DNA from: Zancudomyces culisetae HAW-14-8
Taxonomy: Eukaryota > Fungi > Kickxellomycota
Assembly (NCBI GenBank): GCA_052426225.1
Contig: JBNJNM010000011.1
Span: 1,240,001 to 1,304,000 of the forward strand
Length of the DNA stretch: 64,000 nucleotides
Direction of reading: 5' to 3'
How positions within the stretch are numbered: position 1 is the first letter of the stretch; the number at the start of each line of letters is the position of its first letter. The notes beneath the pieces were generated by a model. The model searched no databases. It was not told the DNA's origin and saw only the letters and a program-made list of their open reading frames with translations. Below, piece by piece: positions 12,001-21,015 of the stretch. The position numbers and the translations under genes are program-made.

Positions 12001-12096
12001 GGCGAGAAGATGCAAAATAGTCCCTCTGGGAGTGTGTCTTTGGAAACTGAACCATCCGAGTCACTTTCAATGAAGCCTGGTCCAAATATTAACTAG
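1..12096 (+). CDS. FMP27: FMP27/Hobbit/BLTP2-family bridge-like lipid transfer protein (5' end probably outside the window; frame is open from base 1)
   Basis: Intronless ORF of >4000 aa. Family motifs in the expected order: DDPFE..I..I.R.G..EQ..R, SW motif (ESSSWINAIR), PSPHIGWWDKLR (GFWDK domain), GRDPH, YDAYSGFRS, LWPAWVPIE (WPPW domain), C-terminal Apt1 region (LAPVGGINIVENLEIDMSPIRIQL; MKDRASSNYTF). Confidence 0.92.
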   Translation, partial: EKDLDATNNRDFDKKNDVSFDLSSRGTENESLSKEDLSSEIFKLNKKNVYLCKIGKLLKRLELSNFCIQFIINEFSLITRERTERNLKKEASYEDVLNLIQRDISCSFSYKKLKEVITVKTEADGITVAPGSKGSTPANESKSKTLPKKCSTNDRSKSTIYTHHGGSGSTFTPAIKCLSEYEKDLKIGVQLDFFIETGPLTIYVMGQGEVSSENGTSGSPRLQNGFVNSGCKVGITLPIRIDTSSNEQLTSKPVISARIGDSSLAVDVHFVSACLNALNMCKGYLALLKNEMEFVSKMSHANLRNRFSYLYQNLYDEDVLAALASTTTQIPTNTTTTKESAIEKGQKERSYKKEAQRWITIKWAISSFFKKINLNVDVNKISAELTPTFTTLQLKDKELKPNFVKIVIPKAYSNAVFYLVNEGSNIKNISCLSFEGRVSGELSPVQISLNGKDCVDVKSDPAHINSRVIVGNNGIQYNGSINGKLGCNSFNSQLFKSAIESDFKINIGVLVASIFANELRFIMKWLPLWINGMNIVSKGNANGTMFNSTSRTSLSYEKAKGLNGRNSRANTASYSFFNDNKDIDIKGAEKTTRGMDFTLKIDTVLDEVRASVSASDCENPVIDQVEHGVNVCLRKANLVFRKEKKKLQSNTNLKVGFSQFLMNTFACTPRMNKNGGGEFSDFTEFAAKDVHFPEQILFLTQFSGSVSWKVKNNTKNDSTKRVGNFEADTFQIRISTVSLYRLMLVMTHIGISGRLSRFSERFFGKAEKKNTKEKLSKMKMSFKFNEFVLVCEFSQPKSHESSTRKLINSRKSGSNMFLRLSAPNVLMNICVDKSRPNVATRISLKAPCVGILGTDGEVSPLFMLSNPILNLIFPSAMYKMNKQKKLGIRPNKTDTIIELRFDEGSINVGHRYYMSSTIDSLKLLQKSFKQLFSKYKLCLQTVSSAMDDIKIDLEGFFYSEKCFIKLMNGLTAISNIGIPEYRGKSSAAKLVLKSLREPDDLPTFKINGKLLSLIIQDDPFETAIQRIMRVGRIEQAGRQSRIQAFQKKMANSVTLNKNMTSFESAHSTVDPKAGGGANDVSSGTEHRRARVRTEFRNSVSGLSSFKHQEVHHLHGDPKSKKKSATDYKNKVFGESSSFSQIGGYGGRDSLKLNRVDFKKSITDIHMTPLRPQSTSIPEGKDKLSGENTSSNNNSQEENLLYSAMQKLLEYESSSWINAIRNYMIKPNPRNTDDHSRNSSFSCFSGVSTHWSNPRLSKFKGSYKFPADKCFDLKEHSYNNNEACSDTELPMDNYEIINEVSYPDLPAFYDRQLYRITEIETIKMSLYESQEKEPEKPPYKYHEIDWKHPVVPMCVISLRAFCIELETPTELLSFEQIEQYLRSIDPEVPPNQLWSTLIPLRMKLKTGEIKVQMRDISIPLFLIPDPFFSEDQAEIENRQKQSYRNFRCGLKVEGCFIFSEQRALEKSLRLSSFTVDKIPAPHLSTETLNDLSSVGEYSDTEKTVLLPWFVSKSFMFPRIHSRLSFIIYTAATDKSAAANDIIRSGNLDGHSQSEFTRELLTSLINLRRFPTSSPIVCWGQRVQPTIVSFSQRFESLSSSSGEPSPHIGWWDKLRSRAKIQLRALLVDVDLDELATSDSFRLSNEYKIGRRGRNRPVEHTSELLFYTPGGRDPHNYAVENRGYLFSFRGGVRLSIGEGDLETSGVCKIFKKNIVINQGNGSRSEVGIAAKMSENIRIKCRTFLCGVPGIEEEMRNAELVLKSAVMYNPGYKHRDYSLKADQEMFQNLRHQMLAASKIFIGRFGRLSSNNYMFLKVLGELNSGVRISLGTSFEIQERIHLNTFIGKDECQNSQSLENGTENEYKSYISKWEILPHAPENIPSALKDVYDAYSGFRSSGIDLGISILSPFEAESAPSTNPAVVPTSTHTEAPQEVREFERNDSEHIGVNTSEIKNDWIHDFSNFTTTSQSKGIKTLASADNEIQPSPVLPYDDENESYRGYSAERHIPQRSAKTATKMASVGPSFGGRAKRSGSRDGPGDPDYTKRNMAPNPRDSHVYDATVGDDREETDSEYFMSMDSKDRDIFTPGPIKTFAFLQSTRSITKPRSRWHDRRIFLLSPLHKCEFGDHMGTQDMYFGAFVKRSDMSNAFKDERSVNISLITSKHFMSYLSLFASRLNLPVKKGRMYPERSTKDIKFGKVLRSVRLGIDFRDFELCHSLQISQVKEMGLKEFDELKIFTNPQLKLSELLKNMTNLDEMTNSRFSDISSPYEIKASKVEGDIFQVKARAKFLQASLLAVQKRVKTVLNTKSSSSSLSSIIGEKASKKKIIFQWGIPRIDADVDNIDVRLIKMSYRLPVFVNSDNGLEADSKSDYWGGNIVNGIRLTKSAESMFIEKPHLASWINLKSLQDPTHFNLNHATFYDANVLCFLTAPRLVYFIKDEVESLAKKTAERLDAQYASLNLASNDVESHQGKMRMNSASLAEVGTDLDRSTNIKKFTSSHSLSKGYLLNNTSKDKEETIPTNSLKNSVMKQKNTSRTESSLDHRKILRDSRLTQAILLCRRKERLGMAIEMNELRQRKLMEAFEFGADIEYEESTTQNALEIYDLCFRRRLINRCMSLLGISPEKITSENLVDQINDSLSSSTPGMTQAKEARELESKYRHRFLLYSAYLIWTSQIRDISMKLFYNEDTWLAMEYFISQTAAKVVSDLSNRNASEEGIKAETLSSSKPGKNTVQKSRDLANRHARRFQSDSSFQKPSELSEPVQSSENTGADFVTDSNTKNIDSSIFADNIDKFVPIYNALIEFLNSQLSFRIDESSVDAVVASVEKAQLHMIKLYSDEILGRSASSLETTITRDPTPSIDMGGSVSVFEELDKDDNDNSKTFAIGKDSRREAPNIYRLTGFSSSRNKTNNRMIDTTVEVNYEEHLVKTRMLAELTNMQMFSVKKEDFVKCPIYLIDCSYGSDVADLTNTTGTLWPAWVPIEILLTPEFTQTELIKNSASKDDKTHKASILAEGRRLLKQYSRFLDRSSAIILYDRVNPHRIKDVDTAEHEDEDILDQQSEKATAESSDAAELDCVQSEALESINSNLDKVDDSAPLPSSKSSKKSLKSGKSNSTNKRSPAPLPNTGSSAAGNSNRGKATYVGVYMSHINVASTSAQYRLLFDMISQLFVYNEPGKVEYLDELNSIILSTDLASIYNAGPTVVRLQDQLRVRKRLIEEWVQKQWEDSLQHSSFNDNSVVIANGKANQLHTVAQLSLESFQHVISNLDKARSVLILSRQINVLEHQLRITMDLVSAAQKKISMLARSSTRHLSGLTPGSNSSSQIIRPDSQISDRNELANELASYTLSEQNKPPMLSKTQANSRANTFTSGNDTSLPADYDESIDDIPGDQNKEYGTKKSKYDWSFWKSLSRRKSQDRLRRADTASDGNRLFNHRSISDDHLGTKSTRSHQDPLPTPPKSIARYITANFSYVNWRMLDDDSNSICDLKLRNLGAVIETTTSQSNDIVFEIDLVVALSRVPDSKFPEMIMPFAANMKEPIDFSKNKMLRVVYSQLAPVGGINIVENLEIDMSPIRIQLSYDIGSMMIEYFFPKHEAKYTNTAKSQQTSTKNTAESKSTGTGASTLDSSATSITKGRPGSIPLGKKGVSDFDETRSIKSSTTGVDGVSQAPSRSANLENHDQQQQQQQSKTSALQKQKNENLSMKDRASSNYTFIHVKMQGHPHIITYRGPKRKNITDLTDFQFNSPTIELRNEVLSYYELLMKLKKAFIGAAVQHTGALFREKVKQLRGAYPSKNEKDALFNKRLVEQINEDEDRARRSAYYPGNADTMSINEEPGTSSLTQERPLRPTIERQPSAADSFIFLSSPTHQFTRLITPPAFRGYQGDTEKKQKTSSTDVSLSASRSTTHNFLYDEHKETDPLPKESAPGLLPTKRTRSGLLFKDFDLYNINDSSKLSPSSPPVLHPSKGTTDKIYSLQDSVFLSNRPGLISRSLLPKNIPGFRLKNKNGEKMQNSPSGSVSLETEPSESLSMKPGPNIN

Positions 12097-15000
12097 ATAT
12101 GTTTGATACAAATGCCTATTTATTTAAAAGATGGTATGTTTGTTCTGTTTTGTTTTGTTTTTTGCTTTGGGTTGATAGTGATAATTTAAATTCAAATTTG
12201 TAAACCCGATTTTCTCATTTGAAAGGATAAAAGTATCCAAATTTAATAAGTAGACAGCTCCCCTTTAGCTAATCAGGCACAAATGGTTTGTCAGTGGGTC
12301 AGTTTTTGGGGTATATATCTATCTGCGATGTCTAATGGGTGGTTTGCGTTTACAATTAAGGAAAGTGTGAAAAAAAGCTGATAGACAAATAGAGTGTGTG
12401 GCCAGGAGGAGGGTCCACATCCTTTTGGTTGGTAACCTTTAGGATTTAGTTAAAAAAAGTGTTTAAATTTTGGGGTAGATGAAAGGTGTTGGTAAGCACA
12501 ACGCTTTTCATATATAAATAGTGTAATTTTTACCAGAGATTATTAATTATTGATTGATATTACTCATTATTACTATATTTACTTACTACCATGTGATATT
12601 TCGTTGCTTTTTTTTTTTTGCTATATTCACAAAACCTCGGGTTTTTTTTTGTGGAGATAACAACAATATTGCCTAATATAGAAAATATCGGAAATGTACA
12701 GCGTAATTCGTATAAATTAAGGTTATGTCCACTCGGGTATAGGACTATACCAACGAGTTGACGTGTATGGTAGAACATATTTATGCGCACTACTACATTT
12801 TATTCGAATGTGGTGAAGTTTTCTAAAACAACAGAATAGATAATATTACTAAATTTCTAACTCAGAGTCAACCTAGAATTAACGAGAAGGCTATTCGGCT
12901 TTCCACAACAATGTTTATTAAACCATTTTTGGCCATACCACCAATGAGTTTTCGTATTTGAAGTTGCTATTGTAATAAAGCTATGGTAGGGAAGAACCGC
13001 TTGATATTTATGAGACATTAAGCAGTTACGGCTTAAACCGCTAACTCAGCTACCCTGGCAGCTGATCACACCAATAAAAGAGCAGAAAATGTTGACGATA
13101 TGCTCTACTGATGGCCAAAAGGTTGTGTTTAATACTTAGCATTTTTATTTGTTAATTTTTGTTTCCACTGATATGATGATTTTGAATCAGTACTTCAAGT
13201 GTGGATACTAAGTATGGTGAAACATTTTAGAATATCTTCTAGTACATTTGTCAACATTAAAGGAGGATAGTAGTACAGCGCAAAGTGGAAACGAAGGTTG
13301 ATGAATAAGGCTACAAGTTAAGCGACATGATTCAACCCTTTTCTCTCTAACACATGCTCAAGAGTATGAGTTTTTGTAGGTGTACTTCACAGTTTACATA
13401 AAACAATAATCACAAAGTAACAAAGCTGTTCATCGTTATATTAAAGTTTGTCTTATATTGGCTCCATCTGCTAAATCACATTTTCAACGTACTTGCACTC
13501 ATTTATAGGGGTCACACAGATGGTATCAAGTTGATAAAAGGTGAGAAGATGTAGCGATGTGTTACAAAAGCTAGCTTCACTGTTTTATTTGTTTTACTAT
13601 GTCTTTTTTTTTCACCTTCCGGTTCTTTTAAAAGAAACTATACTCTTGTCCGAGGGCTAAACAATTGTATTTATTCGCCAAAAAGCATTAATGCTCTTTT
13701 TGTTTCATGTGTCACACCAAATATGTGTTGTTTAAATCGTTATTTCTAGTGAATTGTAGATGGTATATGAAAAAAGTTAGTCGCCAATTAATTTTAGCAC
13801 AGATTACATTGGGTTAATTAATATGTAATTACTTCTATAAAAGTTAATTGCGCTCTTTTTTTCTCAGCTAGTTGGTAGAACATCCTCCAAAAAGTGCAAA
13901 CTTTGCCGCCATGAGGATATTTTTGTTGCTATAATGTCTTCTTGATATGCTAGTTTTAATACCCTAAACAAAACCATCCAAATGAAAAGCGATTTTAATT
14001 CAACTAAATGTTAGCTAAATAAAAAATCTGTTCATAAAATTTGTATCCTATTTGATGCTTGATTTTGATGTTGATTCCTCTTGAATAATAGCTTCATTTT
14101 GCCATGGGTTAATTTTTCTCCAATTTGTGGTCAGTAACTATATAATTGGATAGCATAACATTTGCTAATTGGTCTGAACTTCGATTAATTGAAAAGAAAT
14201 GATTCATTTTGACCTTTTTAAGCGCATAGTTGCACCAATATCTAAATTAATTGTTATCCCATCTTGAACTTGTTCTAAATGGCTAAATGCTAGGTTTAAT
14301 AAATTCTTAATGCTTCATCTAAATATAAAAACGTGAATATCTAAGAGAGGAAGTGTGGATCAAAACCATAGATGGTAGGTTAAATCACAACCGAAGGAGG
14401 CATCCCTTCAATATTTTTGTATTGAACTGGATTCAAAGCACCAGGACACCAGACGAGTGGCATCTTGGGTGCTGTTTATAGAGGGAGTTCTCGACTGTGT
14501 TACCATAGTTGTCCAGTTATAACTGTACACCCAAAGACAATATTTTAGTAATTATTCGCATGACAACTAAGCATAGCCATTTGGTAAAGTACATTAGCAT
14601 GAACCACGAGTACGAGTTTTTATGCTAGTTTTTTTTTGACACACCTCCACTAAAACGCAAAGTAAAAGCGACTATGACTTCTGCCTATTTTTCATGGAAC
14701 AAACGCCCGTAAATCCAAAATTGACAAAATTTGATTTTTTTCGTTAATGATTTCAGATTGTATAATCATTCAAACTATGGTTGTGGTGTAAAAAACTGCA
14801 TTACCAACACTCGATTATAGCTTCTATCAGCTGGTTGAGATTTCGAATAGTATACATTCCTTTGATTTTAATATAATGTTTTACCTAATTCAACAATCTC
14901 TACCTCTTCCAATTTCTCTAAAGTCAAAAACATGTTTGCTATGTAAATGCGCATTTATAGTGAAAAACAGTTTTCAATAATTTATTAAATAAACCCTGAT

Positions 15001-16203
15001 GGTATATTTAAACGGGACGTTTATATTTAGACAGTTTACACGCCATCTAAAGTAATAGTGCTGGGGATGCCATTTATTCAAACCTGTATATTTATTGATT
15101 TTGATAAAACTCTAATAAGACGTATGGTTTTTGTTTTACTTAGCGTACTTTTTTCCATTTTACTTTTAATGGTTGAAGGCACACCTTCATAGGCTTTATT
15201 TATTTGTTTATTCACTAACTTATTATACCAGTTAGGATGAAGCAGTGTGCATTTCGAATTTAAGGAATAATATTTTGGGTGGTACGAAATTTTTTTTCCA
15301 GATATTGCTTAAATGCTAAGATCTCGAAACGGGATACCACACACCGATACCAATACAATATAAACCTAAGCTATAAACCCGGGTGATAGAATTTCCACTT
15401 TGCTTCTAGCAAAAATATATTTTTTCATCCATGGATTTTTCATCATTTGCAATTATCAGAACCAGTACCAGTACCAGTGCCAGCTTTAGCAACTATTTCC
15501 TTTGTTTTTTTCAGTCTTTGATCAGACACCTAAAGTTTCAAATTTAGGCATGATGAGTAAGCCCAAAATGTACATATTTTTTCGGTCCTTTTACAAATTT
15601 AATTCCCTTTTAAAAATTTTTTTTGTGTACAGTCTCCTTCAGACAACCATAGGTTCAAACTCACCTGCTAACGGGGATTTATTTGCGGTTTGGTAATAGG
15701 AATTCATACTTGCTAGAAGGGACTTCCGGAAGCTCTGCTGGCTTTATAATATAGTGACAAAAGTAACATAGGTTATAATTTATTTACGTTATTCATAATT
15801 GTTAAACCTAAATTAATATTGTGCCACATAAATTTGCAATTTATTTACAAACACCCTAATTTACGCATTTTTTTTCAAAGTTAATACCCACAAGTAGTTT
15901 TGATGAGTAGTGCAGTGGGAAAAGAATGACACAGTTGATACAGGGTTTTTTTTAATCCCCTCCCTCTTCTTCCAACAAGATAAGGGAAATATGTTTATTA
16001 AAAAAAACCACTCGCGATGTATATAAATGCGTTTTTACGACCACAACTGAAGAAACAAGTATTTGTTCGGCAAGATAAATACAGAAAACACCTTCATAGC
16101 AAGTACTTTTTTTTTGTCCTTTTATTGTGCACCACTGGAAAGACCAATCTCGCAAAACTAAGAATTACTTTGGGTGTTGAATACTTTCTAACCAGCAACG
16201 AAT

Positions 16204-16965
16204 ATGGGATGTGAGTACTGTAGGGGGTGGAAAGGCAGCTGCTGTATCAAGACGCTTCCTTGTAGCTGCACTTGCCATCGAAACTGCGACTGTGTTTACT
16301 GCGTAACAATAATGTTTTTAAACAAGGACACTTCCATACTAAAGTATCAAACTCCTTACCACGATCCAATAGTTCAGAGGTATCTATCTTGTACCAGGAC
16401 CAGAAAGCCAGCCCATGATCCTTCGACAAATAAAATGCATAGAAAAGAGTCATCATCACCCAAGAACAACAATGAAAAACTCAAGAAGACCAAGGCGACG
16501 GACTTCGGTGGTAAAAGTACTCATTTATTGCGACGTGAACCATCAAGTTCCAAGGATATTGACAATTTGCACTTTGAGAATGTGACCAACACTGTTATAA
16601 TAAACCCCATTTACAAAAATAACCCCTCAGAGCCCTTTAAAAAGAGCAAATCTTTTGGTGGATTCTCAAAAGTTACTTCTTATTTTTCTGGTGGCCGTAA
16701 GGATAAAAGTATCATGAAAAAGGAGACTTCTTTCCGCGAACCGAACGAGTTTTTGAACAAACCATTCTTGGAAAGCGTGTATACACGAACCAAAGATGTA
16801 AATAAAATCTTGCCCTCTACGGGTGCTTATTGTGCCAATTCCACAGATTCAGAACAAAGTGATGTTTCCGCATTTTTCTACTGTCCTGTCAATGATCAAC
16901 TAAGGATGCCGTCGAGTGAAGAATTTACAATATTTGTTCCTCGTCTGACCACAGTAGCCAAGTAG
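16204..16965 (+). CDS. Hypothetical 253-aa protein with Cys-rich N-terminus
   Basis: ATG-started 762-bp ORF in AT-rich DNA; no recognisable family. Confidence 0.6.
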   Translation: MGCEYCRGWKGSCCIKTLPCSCTCHRNCDCVYCVTIMFLNKDTSILKYQTPYHDPIVQRYLSCTRTRKPAHDPSTNKMHRKESSSPKNNNEKLKKTKATDFGGKSTHLLRREPSSSKDIDNLHFENVTNTVIINPIYKNNPSEPFKKSKSFGGFSKVTSYFSGGRKDKSIMKKETSFREPNEFLNKPFLESVYTRTKDVNKILPSTGAYCANSTDSEQSDVSAFFYCPVNDQLRMPSSEEFTIFVPRLTTVAK

Positions 16966-17913
16966 TTAGCTTCACGGCTTTGAAAAAGCTACCAGTACAA
17001 GAAATAATTGCTATCTAGATATTTTCTTAAACTGTGACCTGAAAGACGAGTGGGTGTATAGAGAGTGAGAGTGAGGGGAACGATGAACAGTGGACGATTA
17101 ACTAGAGCGCGAGAATAAGCCGGTGTATCTCGCTATATGATATCTTAATGTGATATAGAAATAAATTCAGCTCGGATTAAAACGAAACAAGTACCGAGAA
17201 CGTAACCTAGTGACACCAAATGTATAGTATACTAACTTTATTTTTTGTTTATATTTTCATTCTTTCAACCACAGACGCAAGATGTGTTTTGGTGGTGGTT
17301 TTACTTTATTTTTAACGCTTAACATTACTCATTATTTTTAATTGAATGCCATATTTTTCTTTGTTTTAATCGAGTCTTTAAGTATAACACCTATAAATGA
17401 AACAAATAATAAAATACTAAAAAGATCCCTAACAAACTACGGAAATGACTCAGCAACCTTGTTATGTAAAATGACATCACACTTTTAAAACACTGCACTC
17501 ATTTATAGATAGTACCTGATATAGTGTTACTTTACACCAAAGATGAGTGTGTTTGGTAATTCACGAATTCGTCCTGAAAAAGGGTGTTATCTACAGCTTA
17601 TACACACCAAATATAAATTAGGTCCAAGAATAACAGGAAAGGTATGAACAAGTAGGTTTTAGACAGCAGCTAAGATAGGCTAGCAAGTATGGGACTAGTA
17701 TATATTAAGTTCAAGATACAGTGTTCTTTTTGCGAAAAGAATAGCGTAGAAACCGTTGGTCAACTTTTTTGACAGCAAATACTCCGCAGCACTGTGGTTA
17801 TCGTTTCTAGAAACGTATTTCAGAAGTATCAAACCCAGGATGTGAAGAGATTAGTGAGAGGAGAGATGTGAAAAAAACCTTTTTTTTGTATGAAGACTAC
17901 TTGGAGAGGTGGT

Positions 17914-18157
17914 GTTACAAAGGCTGGTTTATCTCTGTTGAGAATAGAGAAACCGAATTAGTATTCTTGGTTGAGCTTGGAACAGCGAAATCATTGAATA
18001 GCGTCTATCGGGTTAGAATAAAAATCTTAGGTCGACTCAGAGCAGAACCAATGTCCTTGAATGAACATATGGTGTGTTATGGAGTCTCTAGAGGGATGAA
18101 GGGGAATTGGTTAGGTATATGTTGTGTAGGATTACTTTTTTTTCAGTTTTATGTGAT
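17914..18157 (+). repeat. Dispersed ~245-bp repeat, copy 1
   Basis: Reverse complement of 44534-44778, roughly 90% identical by eye (e.g. AGAATAGAGAAACCGAATTAGTATTCTTGGTTGAGCT). Confidence 0.93.
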
Positions 18158-18718
18158 GTCCGTTAATAAATGAATCATGCAATAAGGAAAAGCAACAAAT
18201 AAAGATATGTATATGTCCATTTTTAGTTTATTATTCCTCCCACACCAAGCTTATTTGAAAATTACTGCTTTCAATTTCCGCTGCCCATATATTTATTTGT
18301 TCTTTCTTGTAAACGTGTGTGTAGTACCATAGAGCTAAAAATAGATCATCATGCTTTAAACGGAAATGTTTTCCACTAATGAAAGGAGGTAAGGTTTTAT
18401 ATGTTACCATGTGTATTATATGCTGATTAGGGTACACTTTTTGACAAACCTTCTGGGCTGTTTTCCATTTGCCATACAAGCTACCCCTTTATTTGCTTGC
18501 ATAAAAGTTCAATGGTGAAATGTGTTTTAAATATCAGGCTCCACTAAATGCCAAATTTGCATTGATTTGTGCAAACGATGTAACAGACGAGAACAGAAAA
18601 TTAGAAACGAACTACAATTATAATTGGCAGGTTTAGATAATCACTACAAAATTAATAGTAAATTAATAACAATTTTATAAGTGCTTCTTAGAAGAGGACA
18701 GTAAAAAAAAGTGTCATA

Positions 18719-21015
18719 ATGTCTGAAGATCTAGGTAGTGAGCATTCCCTCAAAAAGACATCCCCCATTGCAATAGTAAATGTTGGGTAAGTTTCCAGTA
18801 CTATTAAATCATGAGCCAACACTTGAAAATGTTCAATTAAAAACACATAATAGGTTGCCAGCTCGGGGGAAAACCCACACATCACTTGCGATTGTTCGAT
18901 ACCTCTCATGGATGGGCATAAAATGCGACACTTTTAACGTGGGAATAACACGCAGAAGGTTATATGGTTCTCAGACCATGTACGAGCTTGTCAGTAAAAG
19001 TAAGCAACTAATAATTCAACAAAGTACAAATTAAGATCTATCTCCTTCCCTCATTCTCCTCCTCCCTAAAGACGAAAACGAAATTGGAGAGAAGGGAAAA
19101 TCTTTTGAGATATAAGCGATATACACTTCTGATCCAAGTATAGCTGTTTTTTTTTGTTTTTTGAAGAAACATTTCTTTAGCAATTCAATAAGAGTAAACG
19201 CCATTATTTGATCCAACTCGCCAATAGGTGATGACTCAAAGGAGCTCAGGGAATTTCTTTATAATGAATGTTTACAAGAGTTGGCCGACTTTTTACTTAA
19301 ACAAAAGGGACAGGTAGCGATCTATGATGGTGCGAACTTATCTCGAGCAACGAGGGAAGATGTAAAAACCAAACTAGAAGGGCTTGGGATACAACCTGTG
19401 TTTATTGGTAAATATTGTATACAGTTATCCTTTTGCAAATAATTCAACCATGGGAAAAAATCACATTTAATTACGATGTTTGAAACATATATTTAACTTT
19501 TAGAATATATATGCGAAAAAGAGGCTGTAATCGAGGCGAACATCCGCAAAGTCAAGATCAATTCACCAGATGTAAGCTTATTATACTCTTTTTGATGAAT
19601 TCTTTCAATCAGATAACTGTGATTTTTATTAATAGTATGAAAAAATGAGCGAAGAGGATGCTATAAATGACTTCAAGGTAAGGGTTTCCTTCTCGCTAAT
19701 CGATTTTAATCTGCACTTTGTCTTAGTATTTGATAAAAAGTATCTTTTGTAAATATACTTAGTTGAAAGTCAAGAGCTTTGAGCCAGAGTATGAAACGAT
19801 TACCGATAAGAGTTTGCAGTATATAAAACTTATCAACTCGGGAGATCGGATAGAAACAAACAATATAAGCGGCTATTTGATGGTATTTTAATTATTCTTA
19901 TTTTCAAAGCAATGGTTCATAATGAAATGCGTATTTTCGACATTTTCACTCTTTTTTTGACCTCGAGCATGAAATCTACAAGCGTATACTAAACAGTAGT
20001 ATCATATATGACTAATAGACAAGACTAGTATTTTATCTGATGAACATACATACTCTAAATCGGGTTATCTACCTTGCTCGGGTAAATATTTATTTGTGTT
20101 TATCTGATATCAAAGTCGGCTTAAGAAAAGCTGAAAATGGTAATAAAAATTTTTTTAATGACAGAACTAAGAATTTATATATGTGAACAACATCAATATA
20201 GTGCGGAGAAGAAGTATCAGGTGTAAGCCTGAAAGCCGACCCTAATTTATCTGAAGCCGGAAAAGAGTACAGCGAGAAATTGTATGCATCCATAATGAAA
20301 CGTATAAAGGAGAGAAACCGTGGATATGAAGCGAGAAGTGATGTAAGTTTCCTTTCAGCTGAATAAGCCATATCTTGGAATAGACTAATCGCACAAATAA
20401 ATTTAAAATTTTGTTAGGGGGTAATCTTAAAAGTTTGGTGCTCATCCCAAGTCAAATGTATTCAAACGGCTGAGCCATTTTTGGATAAAGATGGAGTTGT
20501 AGTTCGTAGACGGATGATGCTTAGGGGCAGAGACGAAGGTGTTGTTCTTGGTATGACACCAAACGAAATTAAAGAGAAATATCCCGAAGAATATGACAAG
20601 CACATCATCGATCCATATAATTATAGCTTTCCACGAGCTGAGGTAAGATTTATCCACCATATTTCTATGTCTTCTTTTATTGTCTCATGCTGCGGTAAAC
20701 GAATAGTTTGTAAAACCGTTTGTACATCCAGGCTGACCTCCATTCTTTTTTTGAAAAAATCTACTGTATCCATAGTCATACTTTGATCTGTCTTTGAGGC
20801 TCGAGGCGGTAATACTGAGCTTAGAGCGCGAAGAAAATGACATTTTGATCATTGCCCCAGAATCGGTTCTGCGATGCGTCTATGCCTACTTCACACCGGG
20901 AATCCTTCCAAAGAGAGTGATACCCACATTGAAATTCCCTCGATCAGTTTTGGTTGAACTCACGCCCACAGCATATGGCTGTATTGAAAAAAAGATCCCC
21001 ATAACGGATGCTTGA
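18719..21015 (+). CDS. 6-phosphofructo-2-kinase/fructose-2,6-bisphosphatase family protein, ~11 exons, phosphatase site degenerate (resembles the yeast YLR345W-type clade)
   Basis: Spliced translation gives VG|LPARGKTH (intron 18787-18853), FNVG, GQVAIYDGAN, NIRKVKINSPD|Y, GYLM|TRLVFYLMNIH, YSFPRAE|SYFDLSLRLEAVILSLERE. Introns are GT..AG. The exon 2/3 junction (~18980-19140) is uncertain. Confidence 0.9.

Noticed and set aside
17868-18173. 101-aa ORF (and its 62-aa twin at 44535-44723) as a duplicated gene
   Set aside because: Non-ATG starts, a 2-bp indel between the copies and mostly non-synonymous differences; treated as a non-coding repeat.
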